The position numbers and the translations under genes are program-made. A stretch of 64,000 bases of DNA, taken from the NCBI GenBank assembly GCA_051294375.1, contig CM119268.1:3128703-3192702 (forward strand), read 5' to 3'. Every line of letters begins with the position of its first letter. Within the stretch, counting starts at the first letter, position 1. The DNA is from Paraspadella gotoi (lineage: Eukaryota > Animalia > Chaetognatha). This document shows, one piece after another, positions 62,735 to 64,000 of this stretch. Under the pieces are notes generated by a model. The model worked only from the letters and a program-made list of their open reading frames with translations, did not search any database and was not told where the DNA came from.

Positions 62735-64000
62735 CCAAAAGTGAATTCGTGAAATGAGAACATGAATATGACACAGAACAGAATTTTTATGAAAAGTCAA
62801 TGTCAATACCGAACCCAATATGCAAATGAGATTGATGAACGTCAATCTCATTTCTTGGTTGCATTCAAAAGTTCCTTCCTTATTAAAACAACAGCAACAA
62901 CAAACAAAAAAACAACGACGACGAACAACAAACAACAACAAGAACACGACCTCTTCTTCTGTCTCTCGATTATCACCTACAAACCGATAGAGAAGCGACG
63001 AAGAAGATTTCATGGCTAAAATATTTACGAATGGAAAAATGAAAAAACAATAAAACAACAAAAAAAGAAAACAACAAGAAACCAATGCAATTATCGCCAC
63101 CCTCTGAGAAAACTCATTTCATTTGTCTCTCGCTACTTTTTTTCCCCTTTTCCTTTTGGTTCCTTAATTCTTTGTCCTTTATTTGAACTCTTTTCCTTTC
63201 TTTTCTTCTATTGCACCTCACCTCACCTCAACCCGTTCCTTTCTCCAATCTTACTTCCTCCTTCCTCTTCATACTCTTCTCCTTCTTCTTCTTCTTCTCT
63301 TCTCTCTCTTCACTCTTCTCTTCTTCACCTTTCTCCTTCTTCTTCTCTTCTTCCTTACCTTCACCCTTCCTTCCTTCCTCATTCCTCTTTATCTCACAAT
63401 CGCCAAAACTCTTCTTCAAACGTTTCCACTCCTTTTTTTTCTTCCTTTCTTTTCTTCCTCCACCTTCTTTCTGTTTCTTTCTCCTTCTATCCTTTTTCCC
63501 GGCTCTTTTACTTTTTCCCCTGTTTTTTCCCCCTTCTTTATTCTTCTCGTTTCTCCTCCCCCTTCTCTCCCTAGTACTTTTCCCTAAACCCCTCTTCCCT
63601 CCTATCTCTTCCCTCCCTCTCTCCCTGCCCCTCCTTCTCTCCCTCCCCTTCTCCCTCCCTTTTCTCCCTCCCCTTCCACCTCCCCCTCCTTTTTTCTCCC
63701 TCGCCCTCTCCTCTCCGCCTTTCTCCCACCTCCTCCAACCATCTTCCCTCCCTCTCCCTCACTTTCCCTCTTCTCCCTCCCTTTCTCCCTCCCCCTCCAC
63801 CCCCCTTCTTTCCCTCCCCTCTCTCCTCCTTTTTCTACCTCCCCATCTCCCTCCCTCCCTTTCTCCCACTTCCTCCACCTCTCCCTCCCTCTCCCTCCAC
63901 TTTCCGTCCTCTCCCTTCCTTTCTCCTCTCCCTCTCTCCCCCTCTCCTCCAAATCGCATTAGTTCGCCACGAATAGCAATCAAAGGACGAAAAAAGTAGA
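62735..64000 (-). repeat. Second arm of the inverted repeat (reverse complement of ~54760-55995), running off the window end
   Basis: For example, ctcatttcatttgtctctcgctac (63113-63136) is the reverse complement of gtagcgagagacaaatgaaatgag (55601-55624). Confidence 0.9.

Overview
Eukaryotic, most likely invertebrate-animal, draft-assembly window. It is dominated by microsatellites ((GA)n, (GAC)n, (GAA)n, (AAAG)n), purine/pyrimidine low-complexity tracts and N-gaps. Six of the gaps are exactly 25 N, and several gaps are flanked by indel-rich duplicated sequence, which points to long-read gap-filling artefacts. Most ORFs in the supplied track are translations of microsatellites. Well-supported content: (1) a near full-length minus-strand non-LTR retrotransposon (ORF1 with three CCHC knuckles; ORF2 with AP-endonuclease and RT with YADD; Jockey/I-like) at ~17.2-22.1 kb, repeated as a noisier and probably false tandem copy at ~24.3-29.8 kb; (2) a BEL/Pao pol fragment at ~38.65-39.58 kb; (3) hAT-like terminal inverted repeats at 35267/36483 and 42310, enclosing that fragment and orphan ORFs; (4) a 5'-truncated, CCA-bearing tRNA-Gly(GCC) copy fused to a 112-bp TG...CA LTR-like unit at 46005-46182; (5) a nested 21-bp/60-61-bp repeat array inside a 744-nt open frame at 5.1-5.9 kb. 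There are also MITE-like palindromes, minisatellites and several low-confidence host exon candidates. No host gene could be named with confidence. All alignments and translations were done by eye.
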